Part shown: positions 38,301-48,200 of the stretch, piece by piece
Numbering within the stretch: position 1 is the stretch's first letter
Layout of the letters: each line of letters opens with the position of its first letter
Origin: a virus
Direction: 5' to 3' (one strand)
Virus record (IMG/VR): IMGVR_UViG_3300044844_000928
DNA: 64,000 bases
Position numbers and translations under genes: made by a program
The notes under the pieces: model-generated
What the model was told of the DNA's origin: nothing
What the model saw: the letters and a program-made list of their open reading frames with translations, nothing else
The model's database searches: none

Positions 38301-41183
38301 TTACTAGATTCTGCTAACCCTTATATGGTTAAAGCTGATATTTATTCTGGAGATTTTACTTCTGAAGATTTGGTATCGTATACAATTCAAACTGGAACGA
38401 AATCTTTAGATTTATTCACATCAACTACAGGAAGCGCGGTTTACTCTATACCTGTTACTGATAATAAAGTAGATTCTAACAAAATAGCATCAACTACATT
38501 CTGGATTAAAAAGAACACTAGCACGGTACAAGCCGGTAATGCTATTTCGCTAACTCTGAGTTCTGCTAAGGTTTCTGGTGTAATTAAACAATTGACAACG
38601 AAACAAACCTTAACAGTAAAAACTAAATCTATCGTTTCTGATGCTTTATCTATTTACAGAAATGGATATGCTGGTGAGTCTGCATTTAGTATTACCATAG
38701 GCGGTGATTATGATATTTTCGTTAATAAAACTGCTGTTATCAATACATCTACAGATAAGGTTTATTTTGTTATTAATCCGTTAGCGGGCAATACAACAGC
38801 ATTAACAGCTTCTAATTTTACAATTACACCAAATGGTGGTTCAGCTGCTACGGTTATTTCTTCTCATACAACAACAAACGCGGCACTAAACGCTGTGATT
38901 CCTACAACTGGATTGTTATATGATGTAACGACTTATGCAAATGACCTTGTAAAATTCAAAGTTAACACTGGTTCAATTACAGCAAATGATAAAGTCAGTT
39001 TGACATGCTATATTATCAGAGCAAATGATTTAGGCTATTTGGCTTCATCTTTAGTGACTTCTACTATTGCTGCAGCTCCAGTTAAAGCTTATAAACCATC
39101 GTTGCCAATGACAATTTATAACGGCGGTTCTGTTACCATGGAATATTCGCCAGAAAATTTTGCCGGCGGTGATACACATACATTGACGCTACCGTTACAC
39201 GGTTTAACATTAGCTTCAGATATAAATGTTTGGGTTAACGGAACAGCGGTAACTGCGATAAATGGTAGCGGTGTTATAACTCCTAGTGTAACATTGACAG
39301 GAAACAACAAAGTCACTGTTAAGGTAACTTCTAAATCTGATACAGTTGGTCAGATTGAATCTAAAATCGTTAACGTTGCTGATTCTACAATCAAATCTTC
39401 GACATATATTGATACCAACAAAGGTATCATTATATCGGCAGATAAAGATGTTAATGAAGCCCAACAATGGGAAGTTAGCGTCACTCCAAGGCTTACTGAT
39501 ACAACATATCAAGTTGGTGTGTTTGATTATTCTTCAGGATCTTATGTTGGTATCCAAGGTTCTGCTGGTGTTCATATTTCATACACAGACCTTAATGGCA
39601 CAACAATTGTTGAAGATTTAACTTCTAGATTGATTACGTTTAACAGTAGCAATCTGGCGATGCCTGGAAACGTCGCGAAATTTAAATATTATATTCCTGT
39701 TGGATTTAACTCTTCTGCCACAGTACCTAAGCAGTGTAGAATTAAATTTGTTGGTTCTGATGGTTCTGTTGCGTTTTTCCCAATAAACGTTTCTCAAAAT
39801 GCGGGATTAAAGAAAACCTTTGTAATCACTAACGATTCATCTTCTGCGAATAATGCTAAAAAAGAAGGAGAAATTGTAACATTTACGATTACGCCTAAAA
39901 ACGCATCTGTTACTGATTTGTATAACTTTACGTTAGCAACTAAAAATGGTAGAAAATTTAGCTTAATTGAAGAAAGTGGCGACGGTGTTACTACTACAAT
40001 ATCTCCTGTTGCAACAACTACAGTTTACGCTAGAAATTTATTGACTGAAAATAAAGTTAAATTCAAATTAGACGATAATTTAATTGTTGACCAAAGCACA
40101 GAAATATTGTTAACAGTTTACCCTAAAGATACGGCGTATACGACGAACGGTTCTGTTGTCACATCATCAGCATTTGTTGTTAATTCATCAACACCGAACC
40201 AGACTATCAACTTTTTTGATATGAATGGAACCCCGATAACGCAAGTTAAAAATAATGAATATTTTGTTGTAGAAGGCTATAATAACGTGTTACCAAGCGC
40301 ATTAAATTTTTCTGCAGATTTGGTTGAATATATTGAACCTTTGGTTAGTGATATTACAAATGTTTCAAAGGCAGTTTCTGGAATTATAACTTATGACTCT
40401 AATTCAACATCTCATTATAAATTCAAATTTAGAGCATTGCCTAATAAATTGAATTTAGATATGATTGCTCAGGCTATGTTTTTCTTAAATAGACCGGCTG
40501 CAGCAACAACTTCATTAAATGCGTTTTTAAATATTTTAGAAGAAAAATCTGATGGGACGATTAATGTTACAACTAAAGATAACCTATTATATGCGACAAG
40601 TAAATTAATAACATTTAATGTTGATACCACAGGATTTAATAGCAAAACTCCATTAAATTGGACACTAACACCACCAACAGGAGTAACCGTAAAAAATGTG
40701 ACATTTGTTGATTTGAATAGTCCAATTGTTAACGGTTCTAGAAAAAAATGGATTGAAGGGACTGACACTTCTGATGGATTGACTGTTTATGGTACAGGAA
40801 CTTGGAATAATGTAGATAACGCCGGTAAAGTAATTCCAAATTCAACATTCATAATAAAATATGACATAAATCTTAGAACATATGTCAGTAATTTTCAGGA
40901 AGCTAAAGATTATATTGATAAGTTGAATAATCAACAACTTGACAGTTCTTATTGGTATAACGATTGGATTATACCAGGAAAAAATATAATGCAAGCATTT
41001 AGCGGGTTCACAAAATTAGATAAAAACAAATTTCCTATTATTTTAGAGAATATTCCATTCTTTTGGTATTTTGATGATGCTGGAATTTATTATGAATATA
41101 AACAAGGCGGTCAACCTAGCCCAAGTTATATGGGTTCTGGTCCAACAGTATCTGTAATACCTATACGAAAAGTGTACATTTAA
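32400..41183 (+). CDS. Large virion structural protein, VrlC/DUF4815-like N-terminal part with long Ig-like extension
   Basis: PYYDDY....FH.ILFKPG.AVQARELTQ.QSILQNQ, APGADR, ARRTYDESGDY, GKAYVKGYE, RYTMKDIG.LE.RI.N.EYY.SLS.LE, NGFLVD.F. Confidence 0.85.
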   Translation: MPMNLNIDPYYDDYDHKKGFHKILFKPGVAVQARELTQIQSILQNQVTKFADHIFEDGSVVDGAAHTIDFNVTYFKISDSFNSAAIVFDDTLVGKTIVVNSEDVLKPDNRKFLIKAVTQKTGTDPKTIYATFLSGGSTGSSSKYVSTGVRLDVYSVPNPVIGTTSIFRSFSTEATGDNVSGNSVLFGIDEGIFYTKNSFVYCPTQTIVVSKYANLPYTGTITAITSSASITGVGTLFTTELAIGDDIFTSDNKLIGTVLSIADNTHLTLKNNANTLVTDATSYTVPLSKVIGLKAVESIITSDTDSTLLDPSFGSYNYAAPGADRYFISLEASAVSYQEQSLSSEDFIDICHIKNGVVESDQRLPIYSNLEDIFARRTYDESGDYIVNGLLPTVKANPDDTLLTLNVAPGKAYVKGYEIEKNGVTSIELTKPRTFASTLDYTVATQYGNYITVSEITGNLPDITSSSSINFYSSSDVVIGTARVINLLPVSYGEYQLYLDDVVLTAESFASVVSIGEISGEFTATLISSKISDTSNRLLVFPIPLGNIKTVSTASYESKRLFKSVPVYGGVCSLTSDSLTKDFVPSSGSFNNINYTISLLTLSSGTGYTVDTILDLSTADITVSTNPLTNSSVSFDFNDSSFNGTVDIIATVNITGQATRTKTLVVNYGKTVSFAANSAVKQSLGVSDIHKFTGAYVVASKTYAGTYDPLVTYASNSVVMRNGKLYDITGTTLGTTAYENIASKFQIDNGQTDSYYGNGSISRTSVFTVATTVLVVFDYYLHSGEGPLVVNNAIGVSYSDIGDYYDSVSFSTYKLRNCLDFRPVQQEDAAGFDTFTLPYSNAILDVDYYLGRIDKLSLDKTGKYQVIQGIPARQPTNPASNPDAMDICSITYDAYTDDEKSTKLSLVKNKRYTMKDIGALEGRIENVEYYTSLSMLEKDTSSKTFTDDNGTPLFNNGFLVDSFQGKNVADVTNPDMQTEIDYDKNELRPKFYTKTAHANLATTGTGINSNTITLPYTSTKLTGVDSYSTTVSVNPYNVVTVSGSAALVPDTDHWVKELLPVNDADTIKQLAGTSDLVPVTVWNAWDPKSGATLSTSAITSADADFIDIATSKNKVVSGTTYNFTKNVIPVTRERVIQYKVTNMLANTNLYYFFGKELQEDGFVTNATGSVFLTTPPATDDSGNATGYIVIPEGKEGSTFVITFSNSPAGKEYASSYVSVNYYVDMSAKYADEKPITVVTGDQVGTATVTELKVPKPTSTYTIEPSSYVVSEAEIFTFTFNAVNYDLKGDFTGTVVVTDGTATFDSKTVNGTAITSLASFTFAVDSAGKAVIKLKVTDDGVSQAARKITLTVTPHNKSSRDITKYPEFLYGTSLSSTIKLLNPVKTEYSVTGPISVGTTDTVNVTFQSTNAEADIPISYKVYKKIGSAAEVDITSSFSTANPFNTSNASSSHVLTRNVSSDDVSGQTVYKDKNGQYRYVFTDASGNSKEHIVRIIGIFDTKYYKLSNNAYSSNVAQGSRITFALETNHYTTNASSDTIPFIITANDVDVTTLTGYTVSPAITSFTGTALVVSVTVSNSLVLTAPKTLKLELTGTNKGKGTNSICYIQNNAETSTLTADKSANASIADSETINFTVTSSYGSAAAGTKVTGIKVSNLASNEYTLNATSGVLNSSGVFTFSLTAVALRTATLDKTFNVTMLYNDKDTLTSSTYNLSKSVQPTLSTKFRNSTNTADLTTINPTSTSGTASSAKLLITQTALPTTENVTITITPSPMPTSGYVFSGNTNTFSQTMTVAALTAASNLVDVGFTLAVPSNITLKAEVKSAVRGGLSGTSTLYLNNSARAFTIAKDSATIAAGATKNYTVTIANENTSRNVTWSIAFADASDISTYFSTYSGSGTISVGGSLTAAITRNSVGYPTNKAIVLTVVDAGGVVPTGTNSEMTMVSVATPLPVIKFYDVSGSEITSFLTLLDSANPYMVKADIYSGDFTSEDLVSYTIQTGTKSLDLFTSTTGSAVYSIPVTDNKVDSNKIASTTFWIKKNTSTVQAGNAISLTLSSAKVSGVIKQLTTKQTLTVKTKSIVSDALSIYRNGYAGESAFSITIGGDYDIFVNKTAVINTSTDKVYFVINPLAGNTTALTASNFTITPNGGSAATVISSHTTTNAALNAVIPTTGLLYDVTTYANDLVKFKVNTGSITANDKVSLTCYIIRANDLGYLASSLVTSTIAAAPVKAYKPSLPMTIYNGGSVTMEYSPENFAGGDTHTLTLPLHGLTLASDINVWVNGTAVTAINGSGVITPSVTLTGNNKVTVKVTSKSDTVGQIESKIVNVADSTIKSSTYIDTNKGIIISADKDVNEAQQWEVSVTPRLTDTTYQVGVFDYSSGSYVGIQGSAGVHISYTDLNGTTIVEDLTSRLITFNSSNLAMPGNVAKFKYYIPVGFNSSATVPKQCRIKFVGSDGSVAFFPINVSQNAGLKKTFVITNDSSSANNAKKEGEIVTFTITPKNASVTDLYNFTLATKNGRKFSLIEESGDGVTTTISPVATTTVYARNLLTENKVKFKLDDNLIVDQSTEILLTVYPKDTAYTTNGSVVTSSAFVVNSSTPNQTINFFDMNGTPITQVKNNEYFVVEGYNNVLPSALNFSADLVEYIEPLVSDITNVSKAVSGIITYDSNSTSHYKFKFRALPNKLNLDMIAQAMFFLNRPAAATTSLNAFLNILEEKSDGTINVTTKDNLLYATSKLITFNVDTTGFNSKTPLNWTLTPPTGVTVKNVTFVDLNSPIVNGSRKKWIEGTDTSDGLTVYGTGTWNNVDNAGKVIPNSTFIIKYDINLRTYVSNFQEAKDYIDKLNNQQLDSSYWYNDWIIPGKNIMQAFSGFTKLDKNKFPIILENIPFFWYFDDAGIYYEYKQGGQPSPSYMGSGPTVSVIPIRKVYI

Positions 41184-41198
41184 CTAACACATTGAATT

Positions 41199-41230
41199 AA
41201 TTTGGTGGAGTATATTAGCTCCACCAAATT
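41199..41230. other. Perfect 12-bp intergenic hairpin without U-tail
   Basis: AATTTGGTGGAG-tatattag-CTCCACCAAATT. Confidence 0.8.
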
Positions 41231-41254
41231 CCAAATTAAACATAAAGGAATACT

Positions 41255-43114
41255 ATGTCAAAATTTAAAGGTACATTGCCTGTTGGTCAAGTTACGGGAA
41301 CAGATTTAGCTGGTTCCATAAGATGCGCAGTCGATTTTAAATCCACATCCTCAACTACTGATGGAAATTTTGTATTTTCTATGAATTCTACAAACACAGA
41401 AATACCTGTGAATGTCAATTACCCGAACTTCAAAACTTCAGCTGCGTATATCAACAAATTAATTACTGTTTCTATAGAAAGTATAAATAACAGCCACGGA
41501 GCTTTTAGGGTGAGTGGGGTAGGATGGGGTCATATTTATAAAGTAACCGTATCTGATATTATAAATGAACCGTTGGAATTTACATATTCATATTCAAACG
41601 CCGGCGCAAATACTACTTCTACGTTATATGCTGCAAATAATCCTAACGTTGAAAAAGGAGCAAAAAATGTAGCGGAATGGACACTTATTGCGGAAGTGTC
41701 TCCAGACACTTCAAAAACTTTTTCATGGACTATTGGAGCATCTAAAACGTTTTACATTTTCCCAGTATCAGTGAAAGGACAAAATGCGGCTAACGTTGCA
41801 TATGATACAGTTAAACATACAGGTTCAGCATTTACTAGTTCTTCATCTTCTATATTTACATCAGCGGCGGAAGAAAAAACTACAGTATCCGATCCAGTTG
41901 CACAATCATTTTATGTAAACCCAAAAGAATACCCTAACGGCTTATTCCTTTCTAAAGCAGATGTCTATTTTTCGCAAAAACCTGAAACTGGTTCAAACTC
42001 TACTGCTTGGATTTACATAACAAAAACAGTTAACGGGTATCCTTCTTCTGATTCGTATATCACAAACTCAAGAGTTGAAAAGCCATACGCTTCTGTTAAT
42101 TTACCAACAGGAACTAGCATAGCTCCTATCCCTGCAGCAACAACGTTTACATTTAGCGATCCTATTCATCTTGAAGCTGGAGAATATGCTATCGTTGTTG
42201 GTTCGGACAACGCAAAATACCGCGTTTTCGTTTCAGAATTGGGTTCTACAGATTTGGCTACAGGTAAGCTAATTTCAACAAATCCAGACGGTAATGTCGG
42301 GTCATTCTTTATGTCGCAAAACGCCAGAACATGGACTGCTGACCAAACTAAAGATATGATGTTCAATATCCATAAGTGTGTATTTAATACTTCTTCTCTT
42401 GATGTTGAAATACCTCTAATCAAAGATTCAGATTCTATTATATCTGATATGATTAGCATCACTTCGCCTGATAAAGAAATTGCCGGTACATCGTTGAAAT
42501 ATTATTCTAAATTGAGTGGCGATTACATCCCAGTTAACAATAATACAAATACGAAACTAGCAACCAGAACGACTTTATCTTCTGCAACAACGCCTTATGT
42601 TAAGTTTAACCTATCGTCAACCAGTACTAATCTTTCTCCTGTTATTCAGAAAGATAAGATTAATATGAAGTTTTTTCAGAATGCTATTAATACCAAACTG
42701 GATTTATTGGTTGATGAAACCGACCCATATCGTGGCGGCGCGGCGGCTAAATATGTGACAAAAAAAGTTGTATTGGCAGATGGGTTTGATGCTACTGGTA
42801 TTCGTGTGATACTTGATGTTAATAGACAACACGGGACTTCTATAGAAGTGTTTGTTAAGGCGGTTGCCAGTGATGATTTCGCTACGTTTGAAGACCATTC
42901 GTATATACAAATTCCATTAAAAGGTGATGTGCAGTATTCATCAACCGATAATGATTTTGTTATTGATGAGTACAAACTTGATGATTTTTATTATCAACTT
43001 GGAAAGGTAAATCACAGCTCGTTCAAAACCTTTATTGTCAAAGTGGTGATGTATTCGGATAACCCTGTTAATTTCCCTAGAGTTAAAAATTTGAGAGCTA
43101 TAGCAACGTCATGA
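41255..43114 (+). CDS. Virion structural protein, VrlC-like C-terminal part
   Basis: DPVAQSF, G.FL...DVYF, FTF..PI.L..GEYA.V, GS.F.SQN..TWT.DQ..D..F, AKYVTKKV.L, PR.KNLRAIA. Confidence 0.8.
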   Translation: MSKFKGTLPVGQVTGTDLAGSIRCAVDFKSTSSTTDGNFVFSMNSTNTEIPVNVNYPNFKTSAAYINKLITVSIESINNSHGAFRVSGVGWGHIYKVTVSDIINEPLEFTYSYSNAGANTTSTLYAANNPNVEKGAKNVAEWTLIAEVSPDTSKTFSWTIGASKTFYIFPVSVKGQNAANVAYDTVKHTGSAFTSSSSSIFTSAAEEKTTVSDPVAQSFYVNPKEYPNGLFLSKADVYFSQKPETGSNSTAWIYITKTVNGYPSSDSYITNSRVEKPYASVNLPTGTSIAPIPAATTFTFSDPIHLEAGEYAIVVGSDNAKYRVFVSELGSTDLATGKLISTNPDGNVGSFFMSQNARTWTADQTKDMMFNIHKCVFNTSSLDVEIPLIKDSDSIISDMISITSPDKEIAGTSLKYYSKLSGDYIPVNNNTNTKLATRTTLSSATTPYVKFNLSSTSTNLSPVIQKDKINMKFFQNAINTKLDLLVDETDPYRGGAAAKYVTKKVVLADGFDATGIRVILDVNRQHGTSIEVFVKAVASDDFATFEDHSYIQIPLKGDVQYSSTDNDFVIDEYKLDDFYYQLGKVNHSSFKTFIVKVVMYSDNPVNFPRVKNLRAIATS

Positions 43115-43314
43115 TAAGTGTAAAAGATAATCCTAGTTTAAAACGTGATGAACGGTCAAATTCTATATTGAATGTAGACATTAATGAAATGCGTAAATTT
43201 AAGGAAATGCGTGAGGAAAATAATAAAACACATTCTTTATCTTCTGAAGTGGTTAGCCTTAAATCAGAACTATCAGAATTAAAGAATTTACTTAGACAAG
43301 TCTTATCAAAATAG
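43111..43314 (+). CDS. Small coiled-coil protein typical downstream of VrlC-like genes
   Basis: L.RD..SN.ILN.D...; EV..LKSELSELK.LL..VL. Confidence 0.7.
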   Translation: MISVKDNPSLKRDERSNSILNVDINEMRKFKEMREENNKTHSLSSEVVSLKSELSELKNLLRQVLSK

Positions 43315-43321
43315 TATTCAT

Positions 43322-43359
43322 AAGCCGGTATGACTTAACAGTTTACCGGCTTTATTTTT
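43322..43359 (+). terminator. Rho-independent terminator
   Basis: AAGCCGGTA...TACCGGCTT followed by a T-rich run. Confidence 0.75.
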
Positions 43360-43422
43360 AAGCGCTTAACCTCAATTCACGCCCGACTAGGCTATTATAC
43401 GTGTTTAGCAACATAAAGTAAA
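43355..43422 (-). repeat. Dispersed element copy 2
   Basis: Identical 45-bp core 43355-43399; -35 AGTAAA at 43417-43422, 17-bp spacer. Confidence 0.92.
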
Positions 43423-43436
43423 GTTGTATTTCAACA

Positions 43437-43443
43437 CTAAATA
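43437..43443 (+). promoter_or_regulatory. Putative late promoter
   Basis: CTAAATA upstream of the tail fibre gene. Confidence 0.6.
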
Positions 43444-43501
43444 TATTATAAATTGTTGAAAAATAATAACGGTAACACCTCCAACTTTAAAGGAATTAAT
43501 A

Positions 43502-45238
43502 ATGTCAACGCTTACCCTCAGAACGGCGAAAGGGTCTCCACTAACAAACGCAGAGGTGGATGCCAATTTTACCAATTTACTTGTTGCTTTAGGTGGAACA
43601 AACGCAACACCTTATACTTTGCCGACTCCAACCGGTACTGGTTCTCCTGTATTAAATAACAACCCAACTTTTTCTGGTAATGTTTTGATTGGTTCTGGTG
43701 CAACAACCACTAGATTCCCTAATACAATTTCAATTGTCAGTAACATTACAACAAATCAACATAATGAACCTCACAGAATTGGTTTGCTTGCTGAGGGTGT
43801 TGGTTCGACTACAACATCAACTGCTACTGGTTCTAATGGTGCTAATACAATTTCTCTTAGCGCGGTAAATGCAGGCGTTATAGCAGGGCAAGGTGTTAGT
43901 GGTACTGGTATCGCAACAAATGCAACTGTTACTGGTATCAGCGGAACGACAATAACATTATCAGCTAATAATACCGGTGCTGTTTCTGGGACGGTTACAT
44001 TTGCCAATTATGGTATTGGTCTTTATGGTTCTGGTTATACAAACGGCGGCGCAAGATCTGGCGGTGTAGTTGGCGAAGGTCACGTTTCTGCTAGTTTAGA
44101 TGCTGGTGCTGCTATCGGTGTTCGCGGTTACGCTAACGATGCTCACTCAGGCGGCATGAATATTGGTCTGTATGGTGATGCAACTGGTGGTGCATCAAAC
44201 TACTCATTGTATTTGAATAGGGGTGACATTTATTCTGCAGGTGTTCAAAATTGGACTCTGAATGGTAACTTGACTTTAACGGGTGCTTATACGGTAACGA
44301 TTCCAACTTTAAGTTTGGGAAATGCTTTACCTATTGCAAGTGGTGGTACAGGGTCAACAAGTGCCTCAGCTGCTTTAACTGCATTAGGTGCGTATGCTGC
44401 AACTAATCCATCAGGTTACACGACAAATGTCGGCACTGTTACTTCAGTTGCTATAAGTGTTCCAAGTTTTTTAAGCGCTGGGTCTGCTATTACAACAAGC
44501 GGTACTATTGCAATATCGTTATCTGGAACAGCATTACCAGTTGCTAATGGCGGTACAGGGTCAACAAGTGCCTCAGCAGCATTGACTGCATTGGGTGCTT
44601 ACGCTTCAACAAATCCATCTGGATATACATCAAACACTGGCACAGTAACTAGCGTTGGTGGTACATCTCCAATCAGTTCTAGTGGTGGAACAGCTCCTAC
44701 TATTAGTATATCTCAATCGTCATCGTCTGCAAATGGTTATTTGAGTTCAACTGATTGGAATGCCTTTAGCGGTAAACAAGCTCCTATTGGAACAATATCT
44801 GGATTAGCAAAAGGAAATGGTGCTAATGCCTTAACAGCTGCAACTGCCGGCACAGATTATGTTGCTCCAGGAACTGCTACAACTTTTACAAAACCACAAA
44901 CTCCTTCTACTTCAGCAGAAACTGCACCATCTACTAATGCTATTACATGGGATTTGACTACTAATCAGATTTTCAGAATCAATCTGAATGCTAATATTAC
45001 TACATTCAATTTGACTGGAACATTAAGTAGTTTGGTTGGTAATCAATATGAAGCAATTGTACGGTATAACGGTGGGAGTACAATATCATGGAATGCTAAT
45101 ATGAAATGGACAGCAGCTACTGCTCCTACATTAACAGGAACAAGTGGCAAGATTGATGTATTTACTTTTGTCGTAGCAAGTACAGACGGAACCAATTATT
45201 ATTTGGTTAATACTGGCATTAAATTGAACGTGGGTTAA
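43502..45238 (+). CDS. Tail fibre protein
   Basis: N-terminal LTLR..KGSPLT.AEVD.NF.NL anchor; Gly/Thr/Ser-rich; duplicated LP(I/V)A.GGTGSTSASAALTALGAY segment; C-terminal W....KW.....PTLT...GK.D...F. Confidence 0.75.
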   Translation: MSTLTLRTAKGSPLTNAEVDANFTNLLVALGGTNATPYTLPTPTGTGSPVLNNNPTFSGNVLIGSGATTTRFPNTISIVSNITTNQHNEPHRIGLLAEGVGSTTTSTATGSNGANTISLSAVNAGVIAGQGVSGTGIATNATVTGISGTTITLSANNTGAVSGTVTFANYGIGLYGSGYTNGGARSGGVVGEGHVSASLDAGAAIGVRGYANDAHSGGMNIGLYGDATGGASNYSLYLNRGDIYSAGVQNWTLNGNLTLTGAYTVTIPTLSLGNALPIASGGTGSTSASAALTALGAYAATNPSGYTTNVGTVTSVAISVPSFLSAGSAITTSGTIAISLSGTALPVANGGTGSTSASAALTALGAYASTNPSGYTSNTGTVTSVGGTSPISSSGGTAPTISISQSSSSANGYLSSTDWNAFSGKQAPIGTISGLAKGNGANALTAATAGTDYVAPGTATTFTKPQTPSTSAETAPSTNAITWDLTTNQIFRINLNANITTFNLTGTLSSLVGNQYEAIVRYNGGSTISWNANMKWTAATAPTLTGTSGKIDVFTFVVASTDGTNYYLVNTGIKLNVG

Positions 45239-45241
45239 ATT

Positions 45242-48200
45242 ATGTTTACATTAGCAGCAAATAGATCGGATGAGGAAGGACAACTATACTCAGATGATGT
45301 CTTTAGTACATATTTGTACACTGGCAACGGTTCGACACAGACAATCAATAATGGGATTTCATTAGCAAGTACAACAGGTTTCAGTTCACAAGTCGTATCA
45401 ACTACAGGTTCTGCTAACATTTCATGTTCTGCAATATATGGATCAGATACCTATCTTGGTGGATATGTAACAGAAAGCACATACGGTCGTCCTTTTATTG
45501 TTAAAGTATCAGGAGGATCTGTAGTCTGGAGTAAAACTATACGAGAAGTAGATTTTGGTCCACATGACTTTGTTGGAACAACTTCTATTAAAGTAGACTC
45601 TACAGGTGTGTATGTTTGTGGTGGAACTGTATCATCTTCTACGTGGTATACATTTGTATGTAAATTTGATCTTTCCGGCACCTTGCTGTGGCAAACGTAT
45701 ATAAAAACTAACAATGCAAATTATCCTGCTATACGTTCAAAACTAACAATTGATGAATCTAATCAAGTATATGTCGCATCAACTGCCGGCGATGCAGAGG
45801 GGAGCGGGTATGTTCAAATTACAAAATTAACATCTAGTGGTGTGCAGTCTTGGAGTAAAAAATTAGATAGATATACTACTATGGATGTTAATATTGCTTA
45901 TGATTCATTAACAAGTTCAATAATAGTCAGTACTACATCTTCAGATGGAGTAACTAATGCTACCATTATAATAAAAATAGCAAGTTCTGACGGTACATTA
46001 GCATGGTCAAAATTGATTTATTATACATTGCAGAATTTTGATCCAGGAACTACTAGAGTTAAAAATATTTTGATTGATTCCAGTTCTAATATTATTCTTC
46101 AAATATTAGCAACTAGTATGAATTCCAACAATTCACAAGCTAGTCATATAATTAAATTAAATTCAAGTGGTGCTACAGTTTTTGGTAGAGCTGGTTATAA
46201 TTCTTTACGGTCAGCATCATATAAGTATTATACCTCATGTTTAGACTCATCTGATAATATATACGTTTCATCGTATAATTATACTGAAAATGGACTAAAT
46301 TACATATTTAAGTTGAATTCAAGCGGTACTCTAATATGGTCAAGAACACTGGATCATACTGGTAGAGATGCAGTCATAGGTATGGTAATAAGTGGTAATA
46401 ATCTCATAATAACCTGCTATGATGAAGTAAAAAACACTACAGAAATTATTACATTAGATAAAGATAATCCACGAGATTCTGCAACTACATCTGTAGGAAC
46501 TATTGGACTAACTACTGGCAACTGGGTCGATTCAACTGCATATGGTGCTATAGCTAATTATGTTACTGATGGGTCAACTACTTATGGTGCTGCAAGTGCA
46601 ATAGTTGTCGGAACTGCAAATCTTACTATTAATAATCCAGTAGGTACTCTGTCATCAACGGCAGCAACAAATTATTCGGCTATTAACAGTTCTGGTGGAA
46701 TGGTTTGGTTGAAAGGTAGGTCTGTAGGGTCAAATAATACTATATTTGACACTGCTAGAGGTACGATGAAATATTTGCTTACCAATTCAGTAACATCTTC
46801 TCAAAATAATGCGCCTTACGGTATAGATTCATTTAATTCTAATGGATTTGGATGGACAAATGACCCGACAAATGACTACAACATGTCGGGTGCTACCTAC
46901 GTTTCATGGACATTCCGCAAAGCACCAAAGTTTTTTGATGTTGTCACTTGGACAGGGAATGGAACAGATGATGGAAGTAAGCTAATACAACATTCTTTGG
47001 GTTCTGTGCCGGGAATGATTGTTGCAAAGAAAACTACTTCAACCGGAGATTGGTGTGTAAAGCATAGATCAAATGGAACAAATAATGGAATTTTATTAAA
47101 CAGCACCGCCGCAGAAGCTGGCTATGGTTTTGCAAACAACATAAACGGTCTAGGAGCTGCGACGTCTACTCAGTTTCCTGTTCGGGCTAATCTTAACGAT
47201 GCCGGAGCAAACTACGTTGCTTATCTATTCGCCCACGACACGTCATCAACTGGGATTATTCAGTGTGGGAGTTATACTGGAAGTGCATCAACAGTTTCTA
47301 TAAATTTAGGATGGGAACCGCAATATGTGCTAATTAAACCGTCTACCACTGCATCTGGTTGGGTCATAGTAGATTCAATGCGAGGAACACCAGTTGGCGG
47401 TCAAAATGCTAGATTATATGCAGACGCATCGTATAGTGAAGGCACAGGTATTAATGGTCCAGTATCACCTACTGCAACAGGTTTTACAGTGCCTAGTACC
47501 GATATAGGATGGAATAATAACGGGCAAACCTACATCTACATGGCAATCCGTCGCCCAAACAAGCCGCCTACAACGGGGACGCAGGTTTATAATGCAATTA
47601 CAAGAACTGGGACTGGTGCTGCGGCTACGGTTACTGGGGTTGGATTTGCGCCAGATTTAGTGCAAATTAGTCAAAGACCATTAGGTGCTGGTAAAAATTG
47701 GGTTTGGGTCACTAGACTTTGTGGTAATGCCGTAATGCTATCATCTGATAATTCAGGTGCCGAATTTACAAATAGTGTTGTTATACAGTCAGATTCACTA
47801 TCAACAACTATGGATGGGTTTAGGATACAAACTGCAAACCCTGTTAACTCTGCGAGTTACACATACATTAATTACAGTCTAAAACGCGCACCCGGATTCT
47901 TTGATGAGGTTTGTTATACGGGTAATGGGGTTTTAGGACAAACATACAATCACAATTTAACAGTTTCTCCAGAACTAATAATAATTAAAGCAAGAAATTC
48001 AGCACGTAACTGGGCTGTATATCCAAATACGCTTTCTAGCGGGTTATATCTTAATCTTACAGGAAGTTTTAGCGATTATGGTTCAAGATTTACTTCTATT
48101 TCTTCTACTACGTTTGGTGTACAAAATGATGAATCTACTAATTTTAGTGGATATACTTACGTCGCTTATCTATTTGCTACACTAGCAGGAATCTCTAAAG

